Assembly (NCBI GenBank): GCA_001783805.1
Contig: MFNS01000001.1
Location: 128,649 to 192,648, forward strand
From: Candidatus Levybacteria bacterium RIFCSPHIGHO2_01_FULL_40_16
GTDB lineage: Bacteria; Patescibacteriota; Microgenomatia; Levybacterales; UBA12049
Length of the DNA: 64,000 bases
Reading direction: 5' to 3'
Part shown: positions 36,870 through 48,823 of the stretch, one piece after another
Numbering within the stretch: the first letter of the stretch is position 1
Layout of the letters: every line of letters begins with the position of its first letter
Program-made: the position numbers and the translations under genes
The notes under the pieces: model-generated
Database searches by the model: none
What the model was told of the DNA's origin: nothing
Seen by the model: only the letters and a program-made list of their open reading frames with translations

Positions 36870-38085
36870 GAATAATGGGATAAAAAAATGCCGCTCCTGC
36901 TTATCTAAAAAATTAATAGACATTCTTTCTTTAGGGGAACAATGCTTATCGGATTTTCTGGTGGACGACAAAATGCCCAAGAAGTATCCCCTGGATTTAG
37001 TTTTATGTACCGAGTGTGACTTATTGCAGTTAAAAAACACCGTTCCGCAAAAATTTTTATATACCTCAAGGTATGGCTATAGATCAGGAATAAACAATAC
37101 GATGAAAAATGAATTAAAAAGAATTGTTGAAGTTTCGTTGAGCAAAATTAATACTAATAAAAAAATAGTAGCATTGGATATAGGCGCAAATGACGGAACA
37201 TTACTAAGCTTTTATCGTAAGAATATATTCAAGATTGCAGTTGAGCCAATTAAGAAATTTTCATCGGAATGCCGTAAGCATGCAGATGCTGTCATAAATG
37301 ATTTTTTTAATTATGAATCTTATAAAGCAAAGCTAAAGAATGTGAAGGCAGATATTGTTACGGCTATCTCCTGTTTTTATGACATAGATGATCCAAATAA
37401 ATTTGTGTCAGATGTAAGCAAAGTGCTGGACGAGAATGGATTATTTGTTATATCTCAGAACTATTTGGTTGGAATGCTGAAGAATAATGCGTTTGACAAT
37501 ATGGTACACGAACACCTTGAGTATTATTCTCTTTTATCTCTTGAAAAATTAATGGCAAGACACGGCTTAGAAGTTTTTAATGTAGAAAAAACGCAGATTA
37601 ACGGAGGAAGCTTTATAACCTTTATTTCTCATAAAAATATGAGAACGGTTGGCAAATCTGTAATTAAATTGAGAGAATACGAAAAAAATTTAAAACTTAA
37701 CGAATTAAAAATCTATAATGATTTTGCAAAAAGAGTTAGAGAAAATAGTAAAGATCTTTCTAATTTAATTACAAAATTAGCGAAAGATAAAAAGAAAATT
37801 TATGTATACGGCGCATCAACTAGGGGAAATACGTTGTTGCAATTTTACAATTTGGATAATAAACTGATTAAGGCTGCAGTTGAGCGTAATCCGGAAAAAT
37901 GGGGAAAGAGAATTTCGTCTTTGAATATTCCTATTATTTCCGAGCAAGAGGCAAGAAAACAAAAGCCTGACTATATGTTGGTTTTACCCTGGTTTTTCAA
38001 AGAAGAATTTTTACAAAGAGAGAAAAATTATTTAGATTCAGGAGGACATTTTATATTTCCATTACCTAAAATTCAAATAATCTAA
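36862..38085 (+). CDS. SAM-dependent C-methyltransferase-like protein (N-terminal Zn-binding domain)
   Basis: N-terminal CRSC...CTEC putative zinc-binding domain, methyltransferase core ALDIGANDGTL, and a C-terminal domain as in sugar C-methyltransferases (TylC3/NovU-like architecture). Confidence 0.65.
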   Translation: MNKNNGIKKCRSCLSKKLIDILSLGEQCLSDFLVDDKMPKKYPLDLVLCTECDLLQLKNTVPQKFLYTSRYGYRSGINNTMKNELKRIVEVSLSKINTNKKIVALDIGANDGTLLSFYRKNIFKIAVEPIKKFSSECRKHADAVINDFFNYESYKAKLKNVKADIVTAISCFYDIDDPNKFVSDVSKVLDENGLFVISQNYLVGMLKNNAFDNMVHEHLEYYSLLSLEKLMARHGLEVFNVEKTQINGGSFITFISHKNMRTVGKSVIKLREYEKNLKLNELKIYNDFAKRVRENSKDLSNLITKLAKDKKKIYVYGASTRGNTLLQFYNLDNKLIKAAVERNPEKWGKRISSLNIPIISEQEARKQKPDYMLVLPWFFKEEFLQREKNYLDSGGHFIFPLPKIQII

Positions 38086-39287
38086 TGAAAAAAATATTCA
38101 CTGCTATTCTATTTCTGTTTCCATTAGGGGAAATTTTACGCTTAGATTTTGCCAATGGGGTTTCTCTCAAGCCTTTAGACATTGGAGTGGGAATTATCGT
38201 AGTTTTGTGGGCAATATTTAAAATGGCAAAAAAAGAAAAAATAAAGCAAAAACGTGTTTATGTTCCGATCCTTCTATTTGCTGGATCGGGAGCGTTATCA
38301 TTATTGATTAATTATTCTAATTTGACAATTAACCAGTTTTTCATATCCTTAACGTATTTGGTAAGATGGGTTGCTTATGCAGGAATATTTTTTGTTGTCA
38401 GTGATTTCGATAAGGAGTTTAAGGAAAGAATATTAAAGTTATTAATTGTTATCGGTTCTTTAATTGTTGCTTCAGGATATTTGCAATATATTTTTTATCC
38501 CAACCTTAGAAATTTGTTTTATTTAGGGTGGGATGAGCATATGTACAGAATATTTTCCGTATTTCTTGATCCAAATTTTGCCGGAGCTTTTTTTGTTTTA
38601 TTTTTTTTGTTCTTAATAAATTTATTCCTGAAGCGAAAAAGTATTCCAATAGCTTTACTTTCATTCGTAACTTTAGGTGCGGTCTTCTTAACGTTTTCCA
38701 GAAGCGCGTTAATTATGCTTGTCGTAAGCTCGAGCCTATTATTTGTACTTATGAATAGAAAAATATTAATAGTTTTTTTGTTAGTAATTATTCTATCAGT
38801 ATTAGCAATATCATCAAGAAATTTCAATATTGAGAACATTAATTTATTCAGAGTTGCTTCATCAGAGGCCCGTATCGAAACAACAAGAAATGCCATAAAG
38901 ATAATACAAGATCATCCAATTCTCGGAGTTGGATTCAATGCCTATAGATATGCCCAGTTTCGATATGGGTTTCGTAATGAAGCAAACCCTATAAGTCACG
39001 CTGATGCCTCACCGGACAACAGTTTCTTATTTATTATGGCTACTACGGGGATTGTAGGTTTTATCTTATATTCGTTTTTGTGGCTTAGGTTACTCGAAAA
39101 TGCTTCTATTTTAGCTATTGCTTCAGTTGCGGGAGTATTCATAGACAGTCTGTTTATTAATGGCTTATTCTATCCTTTTATTGCGCTGTGGCTTTGGATA
39201 ATTTTAGCTCTTTCAATAAATCCAGCACCCTCCTCTCGAAGCGTTAAATTCAAACAGAAGAAATACAGACCTAAGCGTGCCGGTTAA
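38085..39287 (+). CDS. O-antigen ligase/polymerase family membrane protein (WaaL/Wzy-like)
   Basis: About 10 TM helices, the TFSRSALIMLVVSS block typical of the O-antigen ligase domain, and a periplasmic loop with HPILGVGFNAYRY. Confidence 0.7.
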   Translation: MKKIFTAILFLFPLGEILRLDFANGVSLKPLDIGVGIIVVLWAIFKMAKKEKIKQKRVYVPILLFAGSGALSLLINYSNLTINQFFISLTYLVRWVAYAGIFFVVSDFDKEFKERILKLLIVIGSLIVASGYLQYIFYPNLRNLFYLGWDEHMYRIFSVFLDPNFAGAFFVLFFLFLINLFLKRKSIPIALLSFVTLGAVFLTFSRSALIMLVVSSSLLFVLMNRKILIVFLLVIILSVLAISSRNFNIENINLFRVASSEARIETTRNAIKIIQDHPILGVGFNAYRYAQFRYGFRNEANPISHADASPDNSFLFIMATTGIVGFILYSFLWLRLLENASILAIASVAGVFIDSLFINGLFYPFIALWLWIILALSINPAPSSRSVKFKQKKYRPKRAG

Positions 39288-39291
39288 TCAC

Positions 39292-40839
39292 TTAGTTTTT
39301 AAAAGGTGTTGGATAAAAAAACAGCTGACTTAAAGGATCAAAATAATCGATTCGATGTCTGTTATATTTTAAGATCGGAATCTCCGGATATAACGATTTT
39401 TCTTTTGAAAGAATTTTATAAATCTGAATACCTGCGTCCTCGTCGATTACCGCATACTTTTTAATTGAGTATGAGGAAATTAAATCTTTTAATTCGTAGT
39501 TTTTCGCATACGAAAGAGATAATGGAAAAAGAAATGGTCCCGAATATATCCCATATGGGTCAGATAAAGCTTGAGATGTAATAAATATCGGTTTTTTATT
39601 TTGTAAATAAGTATCAATCATTTTCTCGAGCTTCTCATGGTTCCACCCGGGTTGATTTATAAATATAATTTCGTCTGAGTACTGGCCTTCAACCTGAGGA
39701 CGTGCAAAATGGCTTTCGATTAATAAACCCTTAGGAAGTGTTTTAACAAATTTGCCCATTTCAAGATAGGGTATGGGTTGAGTCAATAATGATAATGCAG
39801 ACATAGAAACGAAAAGTAAATATCCGATTACCATTAGTATCAACATTCCCCTTTTTTTTAAAAGTATTGCGACAAGCAGCGAGAAACCAAATCCAGCGAT
39901 TATCCCATGACGTCCAAAAAGAAGCGGATCAAACCATTGACTTGTAATAATCAATGGAAAAATCCATAAAAACGTAATAATAAATAAATTTATATTTTTT
40001 CTAAATATTCTTATGAGCGAAATAGTTCCTAAGATAAATATAAGAGAAGCATTATTTTGTAAAACAGAAATTAATACGTTTCTGATAAATCTAAGAATCG
40101 TTATTGAAGATGAGACATTTGGTATAAGCTTTATATCTTCTCTAAATAAATATTGATATATTCCATTTTGAATTGACTCATGGAGAGCGTAAGAGACAAA
40201 GAGGCCATTCGTTAGAATGACAAGGGTAATAGTTAAAAACATTGATAATATTATTACGGCAATCTTCTGTTTGTTTAGAAAATACACGATTGATAAAAAT
40301 AGCGGTGTCCATAAAATGACTAGCGGATTAGTAAGCAATGCTAATCCAAATAATAAGCAACCAATAAGAATACGGAAATTTGAACGAGTTTTATTTTTTA
40401 CATACGAAGCAGTAAGGTATAATGAAATAAGAAAAAAATAAACGTACGTTGACTCGGCCATTATGGAAACATTCGTTATCCAGTAAAGAGGCATTAACGA
40501 GCTAATAATTGTTGCAATTATTGCTATTTTCTTACTTGTAAGGATTTCAACCAACCGATAAAAACAGTAGAGAGAAATTGCCGAAAAAATTATTTGCGCA
40601 AAAATAACCGCAAAAGATGGATTAATGTTTAAAAATTCGGCAATGTGGAATACCGGCCAAAACAAAATAATATATCCTGCGTGGAAAGGTATGTGTCCGG
40701 AAGCAATTGCCTGAAAATAATTTGAATATGCAAATCTCTCTAAATATTCGGGTGAGTCAAAAAAAACAGGAAGAGAATTAATAAAAGTTATTCGGGATAA
40801 AACAAAGATACAAAGCAGAAAAAAAGTTTTTAACTTCAT
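39292..40839 (-). CDS. polytopic membrane protein, probable GT-C glycosyltransferase
   Basis: First loop FFDSPEYLERFAY (acidic DE-like motif) after TM1. More than 11 TM helices and a C-terminal soluble domain. Confidence 0.5.
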   Translation of the reverse strand: MKLKTFFLLCIFVLSRITFINSLPVFFDSPEYLERFAYSNYFQAIASGHIPFHAGYIILFWPVFHIAEFLNINPSFAVIFAQIIFSAISLYCFYRLVEILTSKKIAIIATIISSLMPLYWITNVSIMAESTYVYFFLISLYLTASYVKNKTRSNFRILIGCLLFGLALLTNPLVILWTPLFLSIVYFLNKQKIAVIILSMFLTITLVILTNGLFVSYALHESIQNGIYQYLFREDIKLIPNVSSSITILRFIRNVLISVLQNNASLIFILGTISLIRIFRKNINLFIITFLWIFPLIITSQWFDPLLFGRHGIIAGFGFSLLVAILLKKRGMLILMVIGYLLFVSMSALSLLTQPIPYLEMGKFVKTLPKGLLIESHFARPQVEGQYSDEIIFINQPGWNHEKLEKMIDTYLQNKKPIFITSQALSDPYGIYSGPFLFPLSLSYAKNYELKDLISSYSIKKYAVIDEDAGIQIYKILSKEKSLYPEIPILKYNRHRIDYFDPLSQLFFYPTPFKN

Positions 40840-41546
40840 TAAGGAGAATATGTCACTTTTAATTCCTTTTCATTCTTGTTTCCTGCCAGATCGGTTGCTG
40901 TAATTTTTATTTTATTTTCTCCGTTTTGAAGAGGAAGACTGTAGGAAAAATTGCCATTATCATCTGTTATTGCCCAGAAACCGTTAACGGTTACTTTTAC
41001 ATCCGTATCCGTTGTGCCCTTGATGTTTGCGCTATTCTGATCCTTGGAAAAAGATTGATTATCGGATGGAGAGCTAATATTAAGGAATGGAGGAGCTTTT
41101 TTGAGAATTATTGTTAGAGACTGAGAATAATCGCTTTCCTTGTCATTCTCAATTGCTTTTGTTTTTATTATATTTTCGCCGGTTGAGATTGCTTTCTTGA
41201 ATGAAAAACTTCCATCGTCTTTAGTTTTGGTTTCGTCAACCGGATTTCCATTTATGTATAAGCTTATGGTTTGATTTTTCGCAGAAAATCCAGAGATTAT
41301 AATGTTTGCACTTGCAGTTGCCTGAGGAAGTGAATTAAGTATCGGGGGAGCAATGAAAATTGGATTTTGATTCTGGAATTGCTCCTGATTAGTTCTTGAT
41401 CCCGAAAGAAAGAGGCTAAGATTAGCCAAGAAAGGAATTCCAAACTTAAATATCAAAAGAATTATGAGGACAATACCAAGAATACTTAATACAAGATTTT
41501 TCTTAGTTTTTTGCTCTAATCTTCGGGATAGTCTTGATCTGACCAT
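40839..41546 (-). CDS. membrane-anchored protein with extracytoplasmic Ig-like/beta-sandwich repeats
   Basis: Basic cytoplasmic N-terminus and a single TM helix (LVLSILGIVLIILLIF). Repeated segments rich in S/T/N/K with motifs such as NGNPVDETKTKDDGSFSF and DDNGNFSYSL, typical of Big-like domains. Confidence 0.5.
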   Translation of the reverse strand: MVRSRLSRRLEQKTKKNLVLSILGIVLIILLIFKFGIPFLANLSLFLSGSRTNQEQFQNQNPIFIAPPILNSLPQATASANIIISGFSAKNQTISLYINGNPVDETKTKDDGSFSFKKAISTGENIIKTKAIENDKESDYSQSLTIILKKAPPFLNISSPSDNQSFSKDQNSANIKGTTDTDVKVTVNGFWAITDDNGNFSYSLPLQNGENKIKITATDLAGNKNEKELKVTYSP

Positions 41547-41558
41547 AATTTACTCCAG

Positions 41559-41630
41559 AGCCGATGGTGGGAATCGAACTCACGACCTAGTGTTTACGAA
41601 ACACTTGCTCTACCACTGAGCCACATCGGC
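41559..41630 (-). tRNA. tRNA-Thr (anticodon CGU)
   Basis: Reverse complement folds as a tRNA with one A.C mismatch in the T-stem: acceptor GCCGATG/CATCGGC, D-arm GCTC-AGTGGTA-GAGC, anticodon stem AGTGT/ACACT with loop TTCGTAA (CGT), T-arm GTGAG-TTCGATT-CCCAC. Confidence 0.75.
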
Positions 41631-41676
41631 ACAAGGATATTCTACAATAAAATAGGGCTAAATTGGAAGTCATTGA

Positions 41677-42300
41677 TTATTGCTTCTTCTGAAGGAATTT
41701 CTTTCCGTGTCCGACAATAGTATTGATTGGTACATTTTTTTTACACAGAGGACATTTATTAGCGGGAAATGCTTCAGCTTTAAAAATACCCAGCTGTGAT
41801 AAGGGAGCCCCGATTGATTTTGAGATTACTTTTTCAGGGTTGCGATTTATCATCACACAAACCGCAATTACTTTCCCTCCGGCTTTTTTTACACTTTTTA
41901 CTACTTTTGCAACAGATCCTCCTGTAGCTGTAAGATCCTCAACAATCAATACTTTTTTATTTTTAACCAATTTGTCATAACCGCGTTTAAATATCTGGTC
42001 ACCTTCTTCATCTTTTTCTGTAAAAACCCCAAGAACATCTTTATTTTTTAATTTCGATAGGTGATATGCTGTCCATTGGGAGAGGATAATTCCGCCAACC
42101 GAAGGTCCGACAATAACATCAATATCTTTATTTTTAAATTTTTTCGCAAATAATTTGCAGACTTGGGAGGTCATCTTGGTATTGGGATAGAGCATGTCTT
42201 TACGAACATAGACACTGCCATGTTTTCCGGATGTGTATACGAAATGATCACCGGTTTCAATTGCCTGAATATCTTTTAAGATCTTAACAACATTTCTCAT
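41677..42300 (-). CDS. pyrE: type I phosphoribosyltransferase, likely orotate phosphoribosyltransferase
   Basis: PRPP-binding motif KKVLIVEDLTATGGSVAKVV. Translationally coupled (4-bp overlap) with pyrF. Unusual C-terminal CPLCKK extension. Confidence 0.6.
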   Translation of the reverse strand: MRNVVKILKDIQAIETGDHFVYTSGKHGSVYVRKDMLYPNTKMTSQVCKLFAKKFKNKDIDVIVGPSVGGIILSQWTAYHLSKLKNKDVLGVFTEKDEEGDQIFKRGYDKLVKNKKVLIVEDLTATGGSVAKVVKSVKKAGGKVIAVCVMINRNPEKVISKSIGAPLSQLGIFKAEAFPANKCPLCKKNVPINTIVGHGKKFLQKKQ

Positions 42301-43094
42301 CGATATTTATTTATTTCCTCAATCAGCTTTAAGGCTTCAAGCCTTGGATTAGCTGAAAAGATTATCTCACGGGAGGAGCTGATTATCAAGCCAGATTTGT
42401 TTTTAGTTAAGCCTACTTGAAGAGTTTTCTCTAAATCTCCCCCTTGCGCGCCGATACCGGGAATTAAAAAAAACATCTCCGGAGCAATTTTTCTAACTTT
42501 GCGCAATTGTTCCGGCCACGTTGCTCCGACAACCATTAAGCAATTTTTATAAATTTCATTCCAAACAGTTACTTTTTCTGCGACTTTTATGTAAAGAGGT
42601 TTCTTATTAATTATTAAATCTTGAAAATCTCCGGCTCCCGGATTGGAGGTTCTCGCCAAAATAATAATTCCCTTATCTTTACGTTCCAAAAATGGTTTTA
42701 GCGAGTCGAATCCCAAAAAAGGATTAACCGTTACCGCGTCTGCCAAATAAACATCAAATACCTCTTTAGCGTATTGGGTTGCTGTGGACCCGATATCTCC
42801 TCTTTTGGCATCCAAAATTACGGGGATGCTCGGATGCTTAAGGTGAATGTACTTAATTGTTCGGATTAGAGCCTTGATACCGGGTATGCCATGTGATGCG
42901 TAAAACGCAAATTGAGTCTTATAACAGCAGACCAAATCGGAAGTTTCATCAATAATCTTTTTGTTGAATTCAAAAATCGGATTTTTCTTTTTTAAAATAT
43001 GCTTGGGAATCTTATCTAAATCCGGATCCAATCCAATGCACAAAAGTGAATTATTTTTTCTAATAATATTTGCTAACTTCTGTTTGAAAGTCAT
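42297..43094 (-). CDS. pyrF: orotidine 5'-phosphate decarboxylase (type 2)
   Basis: LCIGLDPDLDKIP and VILDAKRGDIGSTA catalytic Lys/Asp blocks. Confidence 0.85.
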   Translation of the reverse strand: MTFKQKLANIIRKNNSLLCIGLDPDLDKIPKHILKKKNPIFEFNKKIIDETSDLVCCYKTQFAFYASHGIPGIKALIRTIKYIHLKHPSIPVILDAKRGDIGSTATQYAKEVFDVYLADAVTVNPFLGFDSLKPFLERKDKGIIILARTSNPGAGDFQDLIINKKPLYIKVAEKVTVWNEIYKNCLMVVGATWPEQLRKVRKIAPEMFFLIPGIGAQGGDLEKTLQVGLTKNKSGLIISSSREIIFSANPRLEALKLIEEINKYR

Positions 43095-43196
43095 ATAAAT
43101 TCATTCTTGTATTTCATATAGTTTACTAACTTGTGCTTGTTAATGCAACAGGTTACTTGCTTTGCGTCTAACGGATTTGAGATAATAACCAACATT

Positions 43197-44306
43197 ATGT
43201 TCAAGAGGATAGTCAGTCCCATTCTTGACAGACTTGATTCGGAAACATGGCATAATCGGGCGCGCGAACTTCTTCATTTGTCTGAGATTTCTCCTTTTAC
43301 ACTTAAACTATTAGAACTATTTGCCTATAAAGGGAAAAGGATTTTCAATGAAAGGCTAAAAGTTAAGATAGAGGATATAGAATTTGATAATCCGCTTGTT
43401 GTCGGAGCGGGCTGGGATAAGGTAGGCCGCGCAGTTAAAGCTCTTTATAGATTGGGATTCGCAGGTGTTGAGGTAGGTACGGTTCTTCAATATCCCCAGC
43501 CTGGAAACGCTAAGCCAAGACAATTCGTGCTCGCACCGGGAGTGGCCTTGAATAGATTGGGGTTTAATAGTCCGGGAATGAATATTGTTGCCAATAATTT
43601 AAAAAGATATAAAAACGGCAGCGCCGTTGTCGGAGTAAGTATCGGGAAAAATAAAAATGTGCCGAAGAAAGATGCTCCGAAAGCCCACAGCGCAGTTATT
43701 AAAAAATTATATAAATATGCAGCTTTTTTCGTGATAAACGTCTCTTCCCCCAATACTCCGGGGCTTCGTCAATTACAGGATAAGGCTCCTCTCGCTAAGA
43801 TTGTTAAAGCTATAAACAGGGCGATGGATAAAGTTGGGAAAAGAAAACCCCTATTCGTTAAAATCGCACCTGATTTAACAAATAGTGCCGTAGACGATGT
43901 TATAGAAGTAGTGATTGAAAATAAATTAACAGGAATAGTAGCTACTAACACTACAAACAATTCCGACATAAAAGCAAAATATGGTGAAAAATGGAGGAAT
44001 CAAATGGTCGGAATAAGCGGAAACGATAAAGATTTTAGACAAATGGCTACCGATAAAATCGCCTACATCTACAAAAAAACAAGGGGAAGAATTAAAATAA
44101 TCGGCGTAGGCGGAGTCAACGATACAAAATCAGCACTGGAAAAAATTATGTCAGGAGCAAGCCTTCTTCAAATTGTTACCGGCATTCGAGGTGAAGGCAC
44201 TTCTTTGCCCGGAAAAATTAATCAAGGAATTTTAGATTATCTGGATAAAAAAGGGATTGAAAATGTTGAGAGAATTGTGGGAATACGCGCCAAAAAATTA
44301 CATTAA
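43197..44306 (+). CDS. pyrD: dihydroorotate dehydrogenase (Ser-base, class 2-like)
   Basis: N-terminus MFKRIVSPILDRLDSETWHNRARELL parallels the PyrD N-terminus. Has NSPGMN and INVSSPNTPGLR (catalytic Ser) motifs. Start placed at the internal ATG 43197; the listed ORF starts at 43131. Confidence 0.8.
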   Translation: MFKRIVSPILDRLDSETWHNRARELLHLSEISPFTLKLLELFAYKGKRIFNERLKVKIEDIEFDNPLVVGAGWDKVGRAVKALYRLGFAGVEVGTVLQYPQPGNAKPRQFVLAPGVALNRLGFNSPGMNIVANNLKRYKNGSAVVGVSIGKNKNVPKKDAPKAHSAVIKKLYKYAAFFVINVSSPNTPGLRQLQDKAPLAKIVKAINRAMDKVGKRKPLFVKIAPDLTNSAVDDVIEVVIENKLTGIVATNTTNNSDIKAKYGEKWRNQMVGISGNDKDFRQMATDKIAYIYKKTRGRIKIIGVGGVNDTKSALEKIMSGASLLQIVTGIRGEGTSLPGKINQGILDYLDKKGIENVERIVGIRAKKLH

Positions 44307-44710
44307 ACGTTTTTTGTGCCTTGTGGCAACTCTGAGTTCCAAAATTGCCTTGATCATTTCCGCCTGCGCAATTCTCAATTCATTGTCGGTTGATTTCTCA
44401 CTCATTACTTTCTCCGCGCGTTTTTTTGCTTCCATTGCCCGAGCTACTTGAATGTCTTGGGCTTTTACCGCGTATTCTGCAAGAATACTTATTTTGTTAT
44501 GCTGAACTTCCAAAAATCCGCCTGTGATTGCCAGATATTCTTGTTTAGCTCCTTTTTTTATGATTAGTTCTCCCGGATTCACTTGGGTGAGGAGATTGAT
44601 GTGGTTGGGAAGAATTGCAATTTCTCCATTTTCGGTCGGAACAACAACTTCATCAACTTCATCTTTGTAGATTACTTTCTCGGGCGTGATTATTTCAAAA
44701 AGAAGATTCA

Positions 44711-44711
<1 letters not shown>
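44298..44711 (-). CDS. atpC: F0F1 ATP synthase subunit epsilon
   Basis: MNLLFEIITPEKVIYKDEVDEVVVPTENGEIAILPNHINLLT matches the F1-epsilon N-terminal beta-sandwich. Last gene of the atp operon. Confidence 0.85.
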
Positions 44712-46967
<2,256 letters not shown>

Positions 46968-46969
46968 AG

Positions 46970-48478
46970 CTATTCAAATCTTTTCTTAAATTCTTCTACT
47001 GCTTTAGATACCTGCTTTAAGGTTTGTTCGGTTGGTTTTTCGCCTGTTGATAAGAGTTCTAGCACTTTTGGATGATTTTTCTTAACAAAGTCATGCATTT
47101 CCTTCTCAAATCTTTGAAAAGAGTCGATTGGGACATCGTCCATCAAGCCGCCTGTTACAGCGTAAATACTTAATACCTCTAAATTTTCCGTAAGCGGGAA
47201 ATATTGAGGCTGTTTGAGAATTTCAGTTAATCTTTTTCCCCGGTCAAGTTGTTTTTGAGTGGCGGCATCTAATTCGCTTCCAAATTGCGCAAAAGCCGCC
47301 AATGAATTATATTGAGCAAGTTCCAGTCTTAATTTGCCGGATACGGATTTAATCGTTGGTGTTTGAGCTGCTCCTCCAACCCTGGATACAGACTGCCCGA
47401 CGTTAATAGCCGGTCTTATCCCCGCATAAAAAAGATCGGTTTGCAGGTATATCTGGCCGTCGGTAATAGAAATAACATTGGTCGGAATATAGGCGGAAAT
47501 ATCATTGGCCTGTGTTTCGATGATGGGAAGCGCAGTGATTGAGCCATTTCCGTTTTCCTTATTCAATTTAACTGATCTTTCCAAAAGCTTACTGTGGAGG
47601 TAAAATATATCTCCGGGATACGCTTCTCTTCCGGCGGGCCGGCGTAAAACCAGGGAAATTTGCCGATATGCCCAAGCATGTTTAGTAAGATCATCAAAGA
47701 CAACCAGAACGTCTTTTCCTTTTTCCAGAAAGTATTCCGCTATTGCTATTCCTGCATAGGGAGCAAGATATTGCAAAGCGGCCGGGTCGGAAGCGCTTGC
47801 GGATACGATTATGCTATAACCCATTGCATCCTCAGAGCTTAACTTGTCAAGAATTTGGGCAATTGTACTTCTCTTCTGTCCGATCGCGACATAAACGCAG
47901 ATAACCGGTTTTTTATTAAATTTTTGATTTATTATGGTATCAATTGCGATGGCGGTTTTTCCTGTTTGCCTGTCTCCAATGATTAGTTCCCTTTGTCCCC
48001 GGCCGATCGGAATCATGGAATCAATTGCCTTAACCCCCGTTTTAAGAGGGACAGAAACGGGTTCCCGATCAACAACACCGGCTGCAATTTTTTCCAAAGG
48101 CATATCTTTACCTTTTTTTATCTTGGGTTTATTGTCCAGAGGGTTTCCTAGGGGATCGATTACTCTTCCCAATAATTCTTCGGATACTTCAATTGAAAGC
48201 ATTTCTCCGGTTGTTTTCAGAGTGTCTCCCTCCCTTATGCTTGATGCCTCTCCCAGCAGTATTATAGAAGCGTTGTCTTCATCCAGATTTAAGATAGTGC
48301 CATTGTTTCCATTCTCAAAGATTACTTTTTCCCCCATAATTGCGCGGGAAAGTCCGGTTGCAACCACTACTCCATCGGTATTTTTGATAACCGTTCCTAC
48401 ATTTTGCGTTTTGACATCACCGCCAAATGTCATTAGCTTTTTTTCTAATGTTTCGATAATTTTGTTATTGTCAATCAT
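46970..48478 (-). CDS. atpA: F0F1 ATP synthase subunit alpha
   Basis: P-loop GDRQTGKTAIAIDTIINQ. Conserved alpha-subunit length and order. Confidence 0.95.
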   Translation of the reverse strand: MIDNNKIIETLEKKLMTFGGDVKTQNVGTVIKNTDGVVVATGLSRAIMGEKVIFENGNNGTILNLDEDNASIILLGEASSIREGDTLKTTGEMLSIEVSEELLGRVIDPLGNPLDNKPKIKKGKDMPLEKIAAGVVDREPVSVPLKTGVKAIDSMIPIGRGQRELIIGDRQTGKTAIAIDTIINQKFNKKPVICVYVAIGQKRSTIAQILDKLSSEDAMGYSIIVSASASDPAALQYLAPYAGIAIAEYFLEKGKDVLVVFDDLTKHAWAYRQISLVLRRPAGREAYPGDIFYLHSKLLERSVKLNKENGNGSITALPIIETQANDISAYIPTNVISITDGQIYLQTDLFYAGIRPAINVGQSVSRVGGAAQTPTIKSVSGKLRLELAQYNSLAAFAQFGSELDAATQKQLDRGKRLTEILKQPQYFPLTENLEVLSIYAVTGGLMDDVPIDSFQRFEKEMHDFVKKNHPKVLELLSTGEKPTEQTLKQVSKAVEEFKKRFE

Positions 48479-48821
48479 AATTTTGTTCGATGTAGTTTAC
48501 GATTTTATCAAGAGAATTCTTTAATGTGAATTCGTAAACAATGTCATTATCAATAATTTGTACGCCTAGCATAAGGGATGGGTCTTTTTTAAGAACAATT
48601 TTTTTATGGGGAAAAAGGTTTTCAAATTTTTTTAAGCTTTGACTGCTAATCGGGGCTGAAATAGTAAGGTTTTTTTTCTTTTCTGCCAACTTCAATCCAT
48701 TGATGTATTTTTTTAAATCTGACCGGCTAATCAAGGAAGCAATTTTATTAACTTTTTTTTGGTCCAAATTGCTATTTCTATAACTTGCTAAAATTAAATT
48801 TTTTATATTCTTAGAATTCAT
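48471..48821 (-). CDS. atpH: F0F1 ATP synthase subunit delta (short form)
   Basis: Sits in the operon between atpF and atpA. C-terminal OSCP-like block LMLGVQIIDNDIVYEFTLKNSL. Only 116 aa versus about 180 typical. Confidence 0.55.
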   Translation of the reverse strand: MNSKNIKNLILASYRNSNLDQKKVNKIASLISRSDLKKYINGLKLAEKKKNLTISAPISSQSLKKFENLFPHKKIVLKKDPSLMLGVQIIDNDIVYEFTLKNSLDKIVNYIEQNYD

Positions 48822-48823
48822 AT

